From Tubulanus polymorphus (Eukaryota; Animalia; Nemertea), in contig NC_134027.1 of the NCBI RefSeq assembly GCF_964204645.1, positions 4,930,485 through 4,994,484 on the forward strand: DNA of 64,000 nucleotides. The letters run 5' to 3'. Within the stretch, counting starts at the first letter, position 1, and every line of letters begins with the position of its first letter. This document shows, piece after piece, positions 11,332 through 24,500 of this stretch. Made by a program: the position numbers and the translations under genes. The notes under the pieces were generated by a model. It had not been told where the DNA came from, did no database searches, and saw only the letters and a list, made by a program, of their open reading frames with translations.

Positions 11332-14300
11332 ATGACGTCTGAATCTGATTCCGACGAGTCTGCGTTTAGTGAGATCTCGGAAGAATATGGACTTAAGGAT
11401 CCTTTTACATCATTATTCTTTGGTCCAGAAACGCCAGGAACAAGTTCAGCATTAAACAGAGTCTTCCAGGTTGCGCCGTCGCAGTATGGTTTTCACAGAG
11501 CATGTAAAACAAAAGTAACAAATTGTCGACAGGTTCAAATAATAGACGTACGGCAGCTGTTTACAAAAATGGTCAAGTCTGGCGCCCAGTACATCCCTGA
11601 AATAATTTTGAATGAAAAAGAAAGAAGTGAATATGAATTCGTTAATATTGACCATTTCGGAGATAAGGTATATTCACCGTCTTAGTTCAATTTCTACTCG
11701 AATCTGAATTTGTAGGACCTAGGGTAAGGTTCTAAATGGCAAGAGACTGTTGGTATTAGCGTTGGCTATAAATAGATATCTTGTATTACATCTAATACAA
11801 CGAATAATTTACTATTGCTAAAATTTGCTTTAAATTTAAGGATAAGATCACCATGTTACACCTCTTCACTGCTCGTGGAGATGCTTTGATGTTGCTCAAA
11901 TTGATAGATTCAGGGGCAAATGTGAACCATCAGCAAACGGTAGGCATCGGCAAACAGTTTCTTCATCCTCTTTTGGTTAACACGTATCTAAATGTGCATA
12001 GCTTATACTTCCATTTCATTGGACTTCTACTACTCTTGTTTCAGAATGGAAATACAGCTCTGATGGAAGCTACTGCTAATGGACAATATGAATGCATGAA
12101 ACGACTGATAGCCGGAGGAGCTAAAGTCAATATACAAAACAAGGTAGAATAGATATCCGAAAAACCATTAATTGGCCTTCTTTTTAGGCCTTCGTATGAT
12201 AGAAAAAAACTAATTATTTTCAAACGTTCTCAACGACTTTGATTGATGATAGATGGAGTTGATTTATTACGCATCTGACTATTATTTCTATTAATAATTT
12301 GAAAATCCTAATATTTTGAATCGCGTAAGTTCTGTATCAGAATTTTTCTGAAGCTGAAACGGTTAAGTTTGAATCGTTATCCTCATTGAAATTTGAGGAC
12401 TCCACGTTTTATTTCTTTAATATCTAGACTGGCCACACGGCCATAATGATCGCTGCTAATAACGGAGACTTCAAGGCTATAAAAATATTAACGGCGCAGA
12501 GGGTTTTGAACATAAACTTACAAACAAAGGCGAGTATGAATTCATATATTGCATTTGATATTTCGAAGTTCGACGTAATGAATGCTTTATCATCAAGGGA
12601 GGAGGTTACATTAAACTGCATCATTTAAATTTCTAGATGGGTAACACCGCTTTGGTTTTTGCTGCTGTTGAACAGCACGAGGACGTTATACGTTTTTTGT
12701 TAATGAAATGTGGAGCCGATATCTTTGCAAGACGAAACGTGAGTTACTGTAATCATGCAGACCACTGAATAATGGTGAAAATTGTAAAAAAGCGTTTTCA
12801 AGCGTTTTGCGCGATTGAATTGTTTTTACTCACACGAACGTTTTTTGTTTTGTATTGGTTAGCTGCCTTTGACAGCCTACTGTATAAGCTCTTTCCAAGA
12901 AGATGACAAGTGTTGTAGAATTCTTGCTGATCGACTCATGAAGCTTAATCTTGTTGGCGCTTTCATAAAGGTAGATTTGACACGTCAGCATCCAGTTGCA
13001 TAATCAAGGCTTAGACTAGTTTAAGACCACCTAGTTCTATGTCCAATCTAACAACTTAAGATCAATCTTAAGATTTAAGACAATTTTTAGCTTAAGTCAT
13101 ATCTGTGCAAATGGACTCTCAAGATCCAAACTACATAAGTTTGATATATTGTTAGTTGTTGTATTTTGGTGATTTTAGAATCGTCTGCGTATCCTTGGAC
13201 GAAACAAAAACGATGGAGTGTTGCTGCTTATGACGACGTTTTCGTTGTGTCCGTTTCTGGTGCTGGTCCAGAAGATACCCGAAAAACTCCGCATGAAATC
13301 TTACGAGCGCCTGATGATGCACCGTTCCCATGATAACCACAGCAAACATTGCCGTACGATGCATCGCCTGTTACCATGGTCACTGATAGTTATGGGTCAT
13401 CCGATTCGACTGATGAAACTAAACAAGACTCAAATAACAACGATATTTCAAGATTTTCACGAAACTGGAGCTAGTGACATTTTTCTTCAGTGCGCCACGA
13501 CCTACGGTAACGATGACGTCACTTTTTACCATTTGCTGGTAATCATCGGCTTTTTCTGCTCTGTTGAAGAAGGCCGGAAGTGGCTTGAAGTGCACGCTCG
13601 TCTGTTTTCGCGGTGTGCAAAGATCCTTGATAAAAAAGGAAAGTTCATTGGTGACCAAAAGAACAGTCTTACAGATCAAGCACCGAGTGATTGTGTGCTT
13701 GCGTTGACATCAGAAGATTATCTTGAAGTCCGTGTACAAAACGCCGATGTTATCTTGAACTTGGTTTTACATCGAGTCGCTGACATGAACATGAGAGAAC
13801 TCATTGCCGCCGAGAGCGCAGAAAAGGAAAGAGCAGAGAAAAGAAGGCAAATGAGAAGGAAGAAGAGACAAGCAGGAAAATGCGAGCAATTGAAGGGCAA
13901 AAATACTGTAGTGGCACCAGCGATAAACGACGCAGATGATGAAAGCAGTGATGAATCGGACCAGGATTTGAGGAGAAATGTACCACTATATTCTGCCACG
14001 AAGATGATGGTATCGACATCACCCATGCCAAATATGGCTTTGACAACCATTAAACGAGAACCAAGAAATAACAAACAGCGTTTGAAATGCGCAATGAAAG
14101 AACATGAAAAAGTGACACCACAATTACAGTACGACACACGGAAGTCCATGAAATATCAAGAGGAACCAAAATTTAGAAATCCACCACAATCAGATCACAA
14201 CGACGCTAAACGACGGCAAACAAACAAGCCTTTAAGACCGAAGTCGAAATCCCAACCATCGACTCCTGTAAAGTCCACGAAGCCTCCATCACCACTTACG

Positions 14301-17300
14301 ACAACGTATGGTACACCGCCAAGGACACAAACCGTTCGGAAGGAGCCGAGAAAAGAGCCGATACCGTTTACTGAATTTATGACAATGGCTTTCAAAAATC
14401 TTAAAATAGAAGATTGCGGTAAGTTAACCGGCGCCTGGAAAGAGAAAGTTACAAAAGGAAAAGATACAACGGCAAAAGATGAACAAGTACAGCGTGGTAG
14501 CTTAGATAAAGAATTGATGAAAAATCGCCCGGAGACACAAGACCCTGCTCGACTCGGTTCTAAATGTCGACGTAAACACTTCAATCCTGCGACTGAAGAT
14601 AAGACAACAAAAGCTGCAGAACCACCAGCTCTACTTACACCAACACCAAAGACTACCATCAAAAAAGAAATTGTTACTCCGAAAGTCGTCCGAAAACCGG
14701 ATATAAAAATAGCTCTAGCACCTTCCAAAAAAGTTCGAATGGAGCCTTACGTGATGCCTGCGCATATAATAAGGAAGGCCGAAAAAAAGGTTGTCGATAG
14801 ATGCGCGCATAAAGAGAAAGTAACGGTTAATGTTATTGAAGAGAATAAACTGGATGAAGAATTTGATACTATGCGTATGACTGCTGCTATCGATAACCTG
14901 TTCGATTTTCCGTCTGACGATGACGACAAAGACGCAAAAGACGATGACATCGATCAGTTTCCCGACCTGGAAGAGTGGGACGAGTTCATTCCTCCTAAAG
15001 AACAATCACGACAAGAGACTAGAGAATCATCGAGACATGAAAATAAGAGTGCCACAGTGCTTAAGAAAACGAGTAGCGCATACTTATCTACTGTAGAATA
15101 TCAGAGCGCTAGCGAGGATGCCGACGGTCGGGGTTCACTTTCGTCTTCACTCTCCAGTGAAAATAACGATTACGTGAGCTGTTCATCATCATCCGATCAA
15201 AACGATACAAAAAGCAATGACGATAACAAAGAAGTAGTTGACACTAATCCCGAACAAGAATCTAGCAGCATCACTGATCCGCATTCACAAGACACAGATG
15301 GGATGTCCAAAGTGGAAATGGACAAGTCCAAAGAAGTTACTGTGGAGGTTATAAGATCAGAAGAGAAAAGAGAACAAGAGGATATAAGTCCAAAATCATC
15401 GAGCGCATCAATTGATGTCAAATGCATATCACCCGCAGTCCACGGTGTTTCTGAAATAACGTCACTCGAAGAAACGACACAAATAAAACAACTCATTCCT
15501 GAGCAAAAACCATCTGCTCCGTGTCAGCCAGTTACAGCGTTCTTTCCCAGTATGCCAAAAGGGAACTTATTCGACGACTTGCAGCACATATTTCACGGGT
15601 CTACAAAAACGTTCGTGGCGAATGAAGACGGTGCCGTCGATGTGACCGATGGGTATCCACGTGATAACGTTGACCATGCTGGCGATCACGAAATCTACCG
15701 GAACCCCTTCCAGGAGTTATGGCATGCACCAGCACCCCCACAACCTGTGCGTATCAACTGGACGTCATGTAGCAATCGATGGAATAAACTTTTTGAGAAA
15801 TTGGTAAAGGCGGATACCGTGTGTCGAACAAAAGTCTACCAGTATTACATGTACTGTGACAATCCGGAGATGGTAATCGCGCAAGGGTAAGTGCTTGGTG
15901 GTAGATGAATAATGAGTTATTCCGCTGCGGTTCTTTGTCACTGATAAAGGATATTACATCGCAGTTATACTGGAAAAGTCTTTTTTTTTAACCTCCAGTG
16001 CATTTGGTAATATCATCAGTGTAGGGCTACACGAAGACGGTCGCGAAGTCAGCGTCAAACGAATGCTCAAACTCAACACCGCCACAATAAGGGACAGAGC
16101 TATCGATTTAAAACTTCGCAATTTAGAGACCCCTTATTTACTCGCATATCTGGTATACCTTTAAAGCGAACTTAAAAATATCCTGCCATGTTCACTCTTT
16201 AATTCCACCTTTAATGCATTTAGGATTACGTGGAAGATCAGCATTTCGGATATTTGATAACGGATTTGACTGAGATGTCGCTCGACGAATACATACCAAA
16301 CGAATTGATTTATCGCCCAACTACGTGGCAAAGAAAAGCTCGAAATCTGTGCCTACAAGTGTTACTAGGACTGAGAGTTCTACACAATGAACATATCCTA
16401 CATGGAAATCTGAAGGTAAGCTCGTTGGAGTGCGTACAGTTGGGAAATGATTCCTGGCGAATATTATGGCACAAATAACACCACAATCTCAAATTACCGA
16501 CACTAATATTCGTTTCTATAGCCAAGCAACGTGCTAATAACGAAAGAAGGAAACTTGAAATTAGCGGATTATGGAATATTCGAAGGAGATAGCGTTACGT
16601 CTGCACAAACTCCGGTCAATAGAACAGGACTGTGCTGGAAGCCTACCGAATGTTTACTGCCCGGAGAAAGTCGAATGCCTTACACCGAAGCGTCCGATAT
16701 ACAAGTATATTTTTTTTTCTTTTCGGCATCGTGCTTTTTCCCATACAGTTCGTTAATGTATAAGTTTGATTAAGCACTGTTTCATTATTTTGAGATAGGT
16801 TTCCGGTATGTTGTTTCATTATATGATTACTGGAGGAAGCCATCCTTTCGGCAATGATCCCGCCATGAGTGAGCTTCTCGTCAGACAATGCCGCCCGAAA
16901 CTTCACCCGAACCTCGACGACATAACCATGCACATCATGGGCTGTATGTTACATCCAGAACCGAATAAGAGGCGATCGGTACAAGTCTGTACTGAGTATG
17001 TATCATTTGAAAAGGTTAAATCCGCACTTCATGTTCACCATTCAAAATCTTTGAAATTTCCATTACAGTCACCCGTTTTTCTGGTCGCAGCAAGATCAAT
17101 TTAACTATATCCTGGCAGTTGGAGCACAGCCGGAAGTGAGATCTGCACTATTTTGCGAGGTGACCCGTCTTATGAACAGCGCAATCTCGTGGACCGGCTA
17201 CATTAACTGGGTCTGTAACAATAATACTTGCTTGTGTGAAATGTCTACGTAACACGCCTAGTTTGCATCGTAATAATCACGTGTTTACTATTTGCAAATG

Positions 17301-17746
17301 TAGACTTGTAGAATCGATCCTGGACTGTTAGAATATGTTTCACGGGGACAAAAACGCATCATCGTGTACCAAGACTACTTCTGCGATATAATCAGCTTCT
17401 TGTATGACTTGGACAAAGAATACAAAGTTATGTAAGTAATGAAGATGTGAATGGAGAATGTCGAGTATATGATCGTCGATAATACGACAATTGCATTGAT
17501 CTGTGCATACCACACTGAGTTAATAGGGTTCGCGGGGAAAGGATGCTTAAATCTGAATTGTCTAAAAACGATTGAAAATTCAGGCCTCAAGACTTGAAGA
17601 GAACGATCCCACAACCGAGCGAATACTACCGAGTTATGTTCCCGCGTATATTCCTACCCACTTTCGACATCATATCAAAGAGCACATGGAGTAAACGAAA
17701 GAACTTGTTAGCATTTTACGAAATGTCGACACCGACGATGATTTAG
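11332..17746 (+). CDS. Ankyrin-repeat / IRE1-RNase L-type pseudokinase / KEN-domain protein, ~1570 aa. Exons 11332-11667, 11841-11939, 12045-12143, 12428-12529, 12637-12738, 12863-12970, 13179-15886, 15999-16152, 16224-16415, 16522-16704, 16799-16995, 17069-17210, 17304-17431, 17584-17746
   Basis: All 13 junctions are phase-consistent (total 4713 nt). Ankyrin exons of 99-108 nt (GNTALMEA, GHTAIMIAA, GNTALVFAA). Kinase motifs IAQGAFG..DGREVSVKRM, LHGNLKPSNVL, LADYG, YMITGGSHPFG. KEN start HPFFWS and KEN tail PSEYYRVMFPRIFL. AATAAA near 18045. Confidence 0.88.
12357..12390 (+). repeat. Dispersed repeat fragment (same family as 52926-53035)
   Basis: aaacggttaagtttgaat(c/t)gtt(a/g)tcctcattgaa also occurs at 52946-52979 (32/34 identical). 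Confidence 0.75.
12991..13115. mobile_element. Intronic MITE-like palindromic element
   Basis: Ends tccagttgcata ... tgtgcaaatgga are imperfect inverted repeats, with repeated ttaaga units inside. Confidence 0.5.
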
Positions 17747-18539
17747 ATTTATTTGACTGGATTTTGCTTCCGACGACCTTTAAATCAATGGGTCTCAATT
17801 GTGAAATGTTACCCTTGAATGCCAATACTCTTAAGATATTAAACCTGGAAGAATAACTTCTCACACAGGGGGCACAAAAATGACTTCGTATAACTTGGGA
17901 CAGAACTAGATAGAAAAATATATGAAATATTCGATTTATACTATATCTTATAATTATATACTGGACAAGTGTTATTTTTCCACCGAGCATGTACATGCAT
18001 GTGATTGTTTTATATACATTTGTTATCGTGTACCTTTTAACGCAGAATAAATTTTGTTAAAATATGTGTTTGTTTAGTGTTTAGTTTCTCGCACCTTTCT
18101 GATCTTACTGATCTTTGAAATTAGGCGCCCTATTGTCATTGGCTTAATCATTTCCCCAGTTAAGTCGTGTTGACGTAATTTTTGATAAAGGCTTTGAACA
18201 AGGCGTTGACTTACTTAGGTAGAACAATGGAGATGATTGGTACGAATTATTATTGATACCTGGTAGGTGACGAATAACCGCGGAATTCTGCGCGACATTT
18301 CCATTCTCGGCTTCCGTACGGAACGGTTAATTGCTTTACTACAATCTCTCGGTGACAATACGTGCTTTATAACCTGCGGGCTTCGCATGTCTGTAGTTGA
18401 ATAATTCAAATTTACGCCCATTCGCGGTGGTTCATACCTGTGCAAAAACCTGTGCCGTGCAGACCGAGTTTGAACTCTATGTCGAATTTCGGCTATATCT
18501 TATGTGATATTCTGTTGCTGAAATTGGAGCTACAGAAAA

Positions 18540-21500
18540 ATGGAAGTAACTCAAGACAACACCGAATCTCAGGTAAACATTAAAGTCCTAAGTTAGAATC
18601 GATTTACATTTATACAGTACAATGTCTAATTTCGTTGTACACTGGGTCTTGTTGAACGAATGATTTTAAGCTTAAAACGGTTAAATTCGAAAAACCAAAA
18701 AATGTGTGCGTTTAACTTGTTTTGATACTGCGCCCTGAACAAAGAATAATGAATTTTTATTAAAACACCATGATCCGGTTCCATAGTTGTGGGTTAGAGT
18801 TAACTCTGAGTTAAGATTAGTTCATTTTCGATGTTTTAACTCGGGGTCAAATCTTAACTCACGACTGTGGAACCGGGCCCATAATATTTTCTACGGGGAA
18901 AATGGTCACTATCATTAGTTTCAAGGTCTGGCTAAAATTAAAAGTTGAAAGTTGACCTGGCCGGCCGATATCTACCGTGTAGATTATTTTCTTTAATATA
19001 ATGATCAAGCTAACCTTAACAGATCCGGCGGCTGATTACAAATTTTATTGTGATTTACAAAATGACCTGGTCGATTAGGAGAAACCAAGGTATCATTTTT
19101 TATGGTATGGTAGGGGGATTGGATTGATAATTGTTCATCTGTGATCTATTCTTATCATTCGGCGAAAATAGAAGGGAAACTCGTCCGATATTGTGTAAAA
19201 GTAAAACGTCTATTCAAAGTACAACATAATCAAAGTGGTCATATGTTGGTTAACTAATCCCTGAGATCAATATGACTGACAAACATTACATACATGAGAA
19301 TCTAATTGACATCTCTTGTCTTTCGATTAACTGGACAAACAATTTGTCAGCACATAATTTATAAGCTCACAAGTAAAGAAGTTCCATAAACAATTTAAAG
19401 ATGATTTGATTTTGCTTTGAAGTAGGATTCCGCTTATCTGTAAATATCCTTTATTTCCATATTTTGAACACATTAGATAACGCCTTATAACGTCATATAT
19501 AGTTTATATATGACTACTGAAATAATGGAATTCCCTTCAGATATATATTGGCTGTCTTTTTAGTCGAAAAGAAAAGGTGGAAATCCCTCTGATAATAACA
19601 GGTTGTTCATACCTATATTTATCATATAGTTATATATTACTGTGTATAAATATATATGATTATTGACCACGACAGGACTCGCTGTATCTCGTAAACAATG
19701 AGATTGACGATGATGTTTATACAATAGGCGCTGTAAGTACGGACAATCTGTTGTAACGTCTGACTATATATGTGAACGCGCAATGAATTCCTGACACAAT
19801 CGAGTCCAAAGAGCTGCAGCAGATGCTGTGTTCGTTTCAATTTGAATAATCGAACCGTGACAGTCTGTAATATTGAATTTGAAATCACCTGTCGCTGTTT
19901 GGACTTCACTGTAAAAAGCAATTGATAGACGCATGAATTCATGGATTGTAGTATTTTTTTGCGGTTATGTTAGATTCATTTCCTAGAGATAGACGTATAG
20001 ATCTTTGGAAATTGTTGGATTATGTATACACGTCACACCAAGCCCACGTTGCTATCGTCTGATAACTCGGCACGCAAATTTGTTGATTTATCTACTCATG
20101 TCACTCCAACAAAAAATCACCAAGATACATTTTATTTCAAACTGGAACAACATATTTTTCCAAAAAGAGAAGCAAAAACAAAATTTATCAATTCTAAAAA
20201 GTTTCTTTACCTTTCGATTCTGTTCGTAGCATCATTTCGCTTTTAGCGTTGTTTCAATCGTTGTTTGAAAGATTTACTACTTATTTTTTCAATTTCTTCT
20301 TTCCTCATAACCTTTTTTCAATTTTGTTTCCTCTTTTTCAAGAAAAAAGATCCTCCGGCACAGAAATCAAAACTAAGAAACGCCCTGAGCAAAGTTCTAA
20401 AGGTTCGACCGAACAATGATAAAAAGGAACAATTTAGCGATCTAGAAGGCAATGACAATTTTGCTTTCGGAAGCAAATCGACAATCACCACGAATCTAGC
20501 CCCGGGTGTTTATTCGTACTCGGTGGATACCCTTAATGTACCTTCCAGCACTGCTACCTCAACTGTAAGTACTCACCGTTCGTGGTTTAGTTTCGCGGTT
20601 TTAACTATATGCGATTTAGATCGATTTAGTAATTCCCGCTGTGAAGACGATAGCGATATTTCAACATAAAATTGTGTAAATTCGACCGACCATTCAATTA
20701 ATTGATATATGTAATGTGCTTCTTCGATTTCCGATCCAAAAATCAAGCCCAAACGAGGGGGGGGCGTTTCGTTCCCGGCGGGTGGCGTAGGTTTGTAAAG
20801 GACACCATAAATCAATGATTAGTAATAAAGTGAAATTGTTCATGTTTCTGAATTTCAGAGAAACCTTTTTGACGATGATAATTCAGGAGATGAGAACGTA
20901 GAAAGAGGGAATTGGAGCGGTAAACTGGATTTTATTCTGTCATGTTTAGGGTTTGCTGTTGGCCTGGGGAACGTATGGCGTTTCCCGTATATGTGCTATC
21001 GTAACGGAGGCGGTGCATTTTTCATACCTTACTTAATAATGATGTCACTAGTCGGTATACCACTGTTTTTTATGGAACTCTCTCTTGGACAGTTTACGAG
21101 TAGTGGGCCGCTAACTTGCTGGGGATTCTGTCCCATTTTCAAAGGTATGGCTCTCTTCAAATATTCTCCATCGCAAACTCCGCATTTCTTTTTGAATTCA
21201 CAATACGTATCATTTCATTTTTAAATAGGCATTGGAATTGCGATGGTAATAGTATCCGGATTAGTGTGTATTTATTACAACATGATCATCGCATACGCTT
21301 TGTTCTATCTATTCGCATCATTTACTGGAGATTTACCTTGGAAACATTGTGACCGATCTTGGAACACTAAAGGTACGATTCCTTATATGCCACATTTTTC
21401 TCATTCGTTACGTTTCACTGGCGCTATAGTTCAATGTCAGAGAACCGATTCACGTGAAGACGCCATAAAAGTTTTTGTCCACAAAGCGCCTGCACTGTGC

Positions 21501-24500
21501 GTGACTCACATACGAAGAAAAAAATTGCCAAATATGTATACATATATATGAACAAATATATATATGTACATACATGTATATGAACAATTTTACAGAAATA
21601 AAATGAACATATTATATTCGATGTTAACGATATTTCTGCCTGGGACGGCTGCATTTCGATTTCTATTCGCGCAATATATGCAAACTATTAGATAAACTGA
21701 AATTGTTATGGACTTGGCAATAAATGAAATGCCTTGAAAGCCTCCACCTCTGCGACCGAGCCCCATGTTGTTTAGGTGCCTTGCACTTGGAAACTTGTTT
21801 TCGATCGGGTCTATGATTATATCGACAGAAGAATGCTATGAACTTTCATTTTCTTTGCCCTAAGAATGAATTACCATATAATGACGGACAACGATATCCT
21901 ATTAAGGAACGGAAATGGCAATATGAGAACTCGAGGCTATGCTCACAGTTAATCTCGTGTGCAAACTGTGAAATACTTTCTGGTCAACTCGCGACGTTCC
22001 CATAGCGATTATTTACCAACTTCAGAAAGAAAGTGCTTGTTATACCGCCTTAACCAATTGTACACAATTCAATATCTGTTTGTGTTATAAAAACGCAAGT
22101 CAGATAAATACAAATGAAGATACATGTTAGATTTCTTTTTTATTTATACTTCTGAGCTAATAAACATTTTATGCGACTTTATTCATCCTGTTTTAGTAAA
22201 TAAAATGTCGTGTTTCAGATTGTTCTCTCAACCTTCCATTGGTTAAGTGCAATGAATCGGCACAGGTAAAATTGTACAACGGCACGTGCTACATCGGTCG
22301 TCAACTTGTTGGTATATACGATGACGAATTATATAAAAACATCACGAAAAAACGCCGAATACCGCCGAGTGAGGAGTACTACAAGTAAGTTTCAATTGGC
22401 CTACTCTACATGCTCTCTTATGAGATGAAAAATGAATTATGTTTCTTTAGTGCTATACTTAGAATCTGATAGTTCCAAGTTTAAAAAAAATACAATTTTT
22501 CACTTTAAATCTTACAATTTTTTAGCCATCGGATGTTGCACATCACCAACAGTATTAACGAAACAACAGAGCCGTATTGGGAGCTTGTTTTGTGTTTACT
22601 TCTCGCCTGGGTAATCGTGTTCTTCTGTTTGATCAAGGGCATCAAGTCGTCAGGAAAGGTAAGTTTGGTCCGCAAATTCGCTGCTGCCTGTCTATTCGCT
22701 TCAATAAGTAATCCTCTTAACAAAAGACAAAGCTGATTAGCATAAATTTTATCCCTACCACATATTTGTAGATATTGATTACTTGAAAGATATCAAGAAA
22801 TGTTTTGCTTTTTCATTTTAGGTTGTGTATTTTACAGCTTTGTTTCCGTATGTCGTGTTGGTGATATTGTTTTTCCGCGGAGTCACTTTGCCGAATGCTA
22901 GCGAAGGGATATTCTTCTACATTGTACCGAAATGGAAAAAACTCCTCGATGCCAGTGTATGTAGATAATCTGTTACGTATTTAAGTTTACCACTCGGCAG
23001 ATTCATTAATGAATATCAGAACACTTTTATAGGTATGGAATGATGCTGCCGTCCAAATATTTTTCTCGTTGTCCAACTGCTGGGGTGGACTCATTACTTT
23101 GGCCAGTTACAACAAATTCAACAATAACGCCCTCAGGTAAGCCTATAAGTTTGTGTTTTAATTTGTATGTATCAGGGTTGTTTTTTTTCATCCAGTATAT
23201 AAATCATTCTAAACTATCTCTTAAACTAAATGGTCTTATGATTTGTATTATTTCAGGGATACGCTCATAGTAACTCTCGGTAATTGTGGAACTAGCATTT
23301 TTGCCGGTTTCGTCATATTTTCGTTCCTCGGGTACATGGCTGGTATCATGAACACTACAGTTGAGAAGGTGGCCAGTAGTGGTAAGTTTCTTACATTTTT
23401 GAAATATACATCCAGATATTCTTTCAAATGTTTTGATTCTAAGTTTACTACCCAATGCAGGAGCGGGCTTAGCTTTTATCGTCTACCCGGCTGCTGTGAC
23501 CTATATGCCTGTGTCACCTCTTTGGGCTATCCTCTTCTTTATAATGCTGTTATTGTTAGGTCTGGACAGTCAGGTGAGTACATCGAATAACTGCTTGAAC
23601 GTTGCAAGACATATAGAAATAGAAAATTTGTAAAATTTATTATTCTAATTAACTTTCAGTTCGCTATGATGGAAACGGTGGTCACCGCGATTATAGACAA
23701 ATACCCAGAGAAGCTCCGAAGCAAGAAACTGCTAACTATCCTTGTCTTCAGTCTTATATTCTTTTTGCTCGGCCTTACTCTTTGCACCGGCGTAAGTCTG
23801 CAAACAATTTCTACTTCATAGTAAAATTCATTTCGAAAAAGAGATCAATGAAATGCTACAAGTGATAATATATGATATATTTTTCAGTCCGGGCCGTATT
23901 GGTTACAACTGATGGACTCATACGCGGGTGGCTGGACGCTCTTGGTGATTGGACTATGCGAATGTATTGGAATTGGATGGATATACGGTCAGTAGACAAT
24001 TTTACATCACGCTTGAGAATAGACTCTATTCTCAAGCGGTAGCGGTTGATACGATGCAGTAAACTAATTCATGTATCGATATCATTTCAGGCTGGGATAG
24101 ATATTTCAGTGATATTGGAATCATGATGGGAAGAAGGCCCACAATATGGTGGAGGATGACCTGGCAATTCATCACCCCTATCCTCATTGTGGTACGTCGA
24201 CTCAGATCTCTGTCCATTCGTTCATTGCATGGCCATGAAACATAAGAATATATGATTTTCGAATCTTTCTGCAGGCTGTTCTCTTATTTGCGTGGATTGA
24301 TTATAGCCCTGCTCGCTACGGAGAACAAGCTTATCCAGTATGGGCTGACACAATCGGTTGGTTTATGACGATATCTGCCGTTATTTGGATCCCGATATTA
24401 ATCATTTATCAGATCGTTGTACAGAAAGGATCATTCGTCGAGGTAGGTGTTGACCCTATGACATCGGTTTATCCATTATACGTGTATTCTGAAAGTAACG

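Noticed and set aside
13419-15496. Multiple antisense ORFs (up to 177 aa) opposite the giant exon
   Set aside because: Shadow ORFs of a long low-complexity coding exon, with no domain signal.
11332-17746. Calling this gene IRE1/ERN1 or RNASEL
   Set aside because: It has no signal peptide or luminal domain (not IRE1), only 4-5 ankyrins plus a ~900-aa insert, and dead catalytic motifs. Orthology to RNASEL needs a phylogeny.
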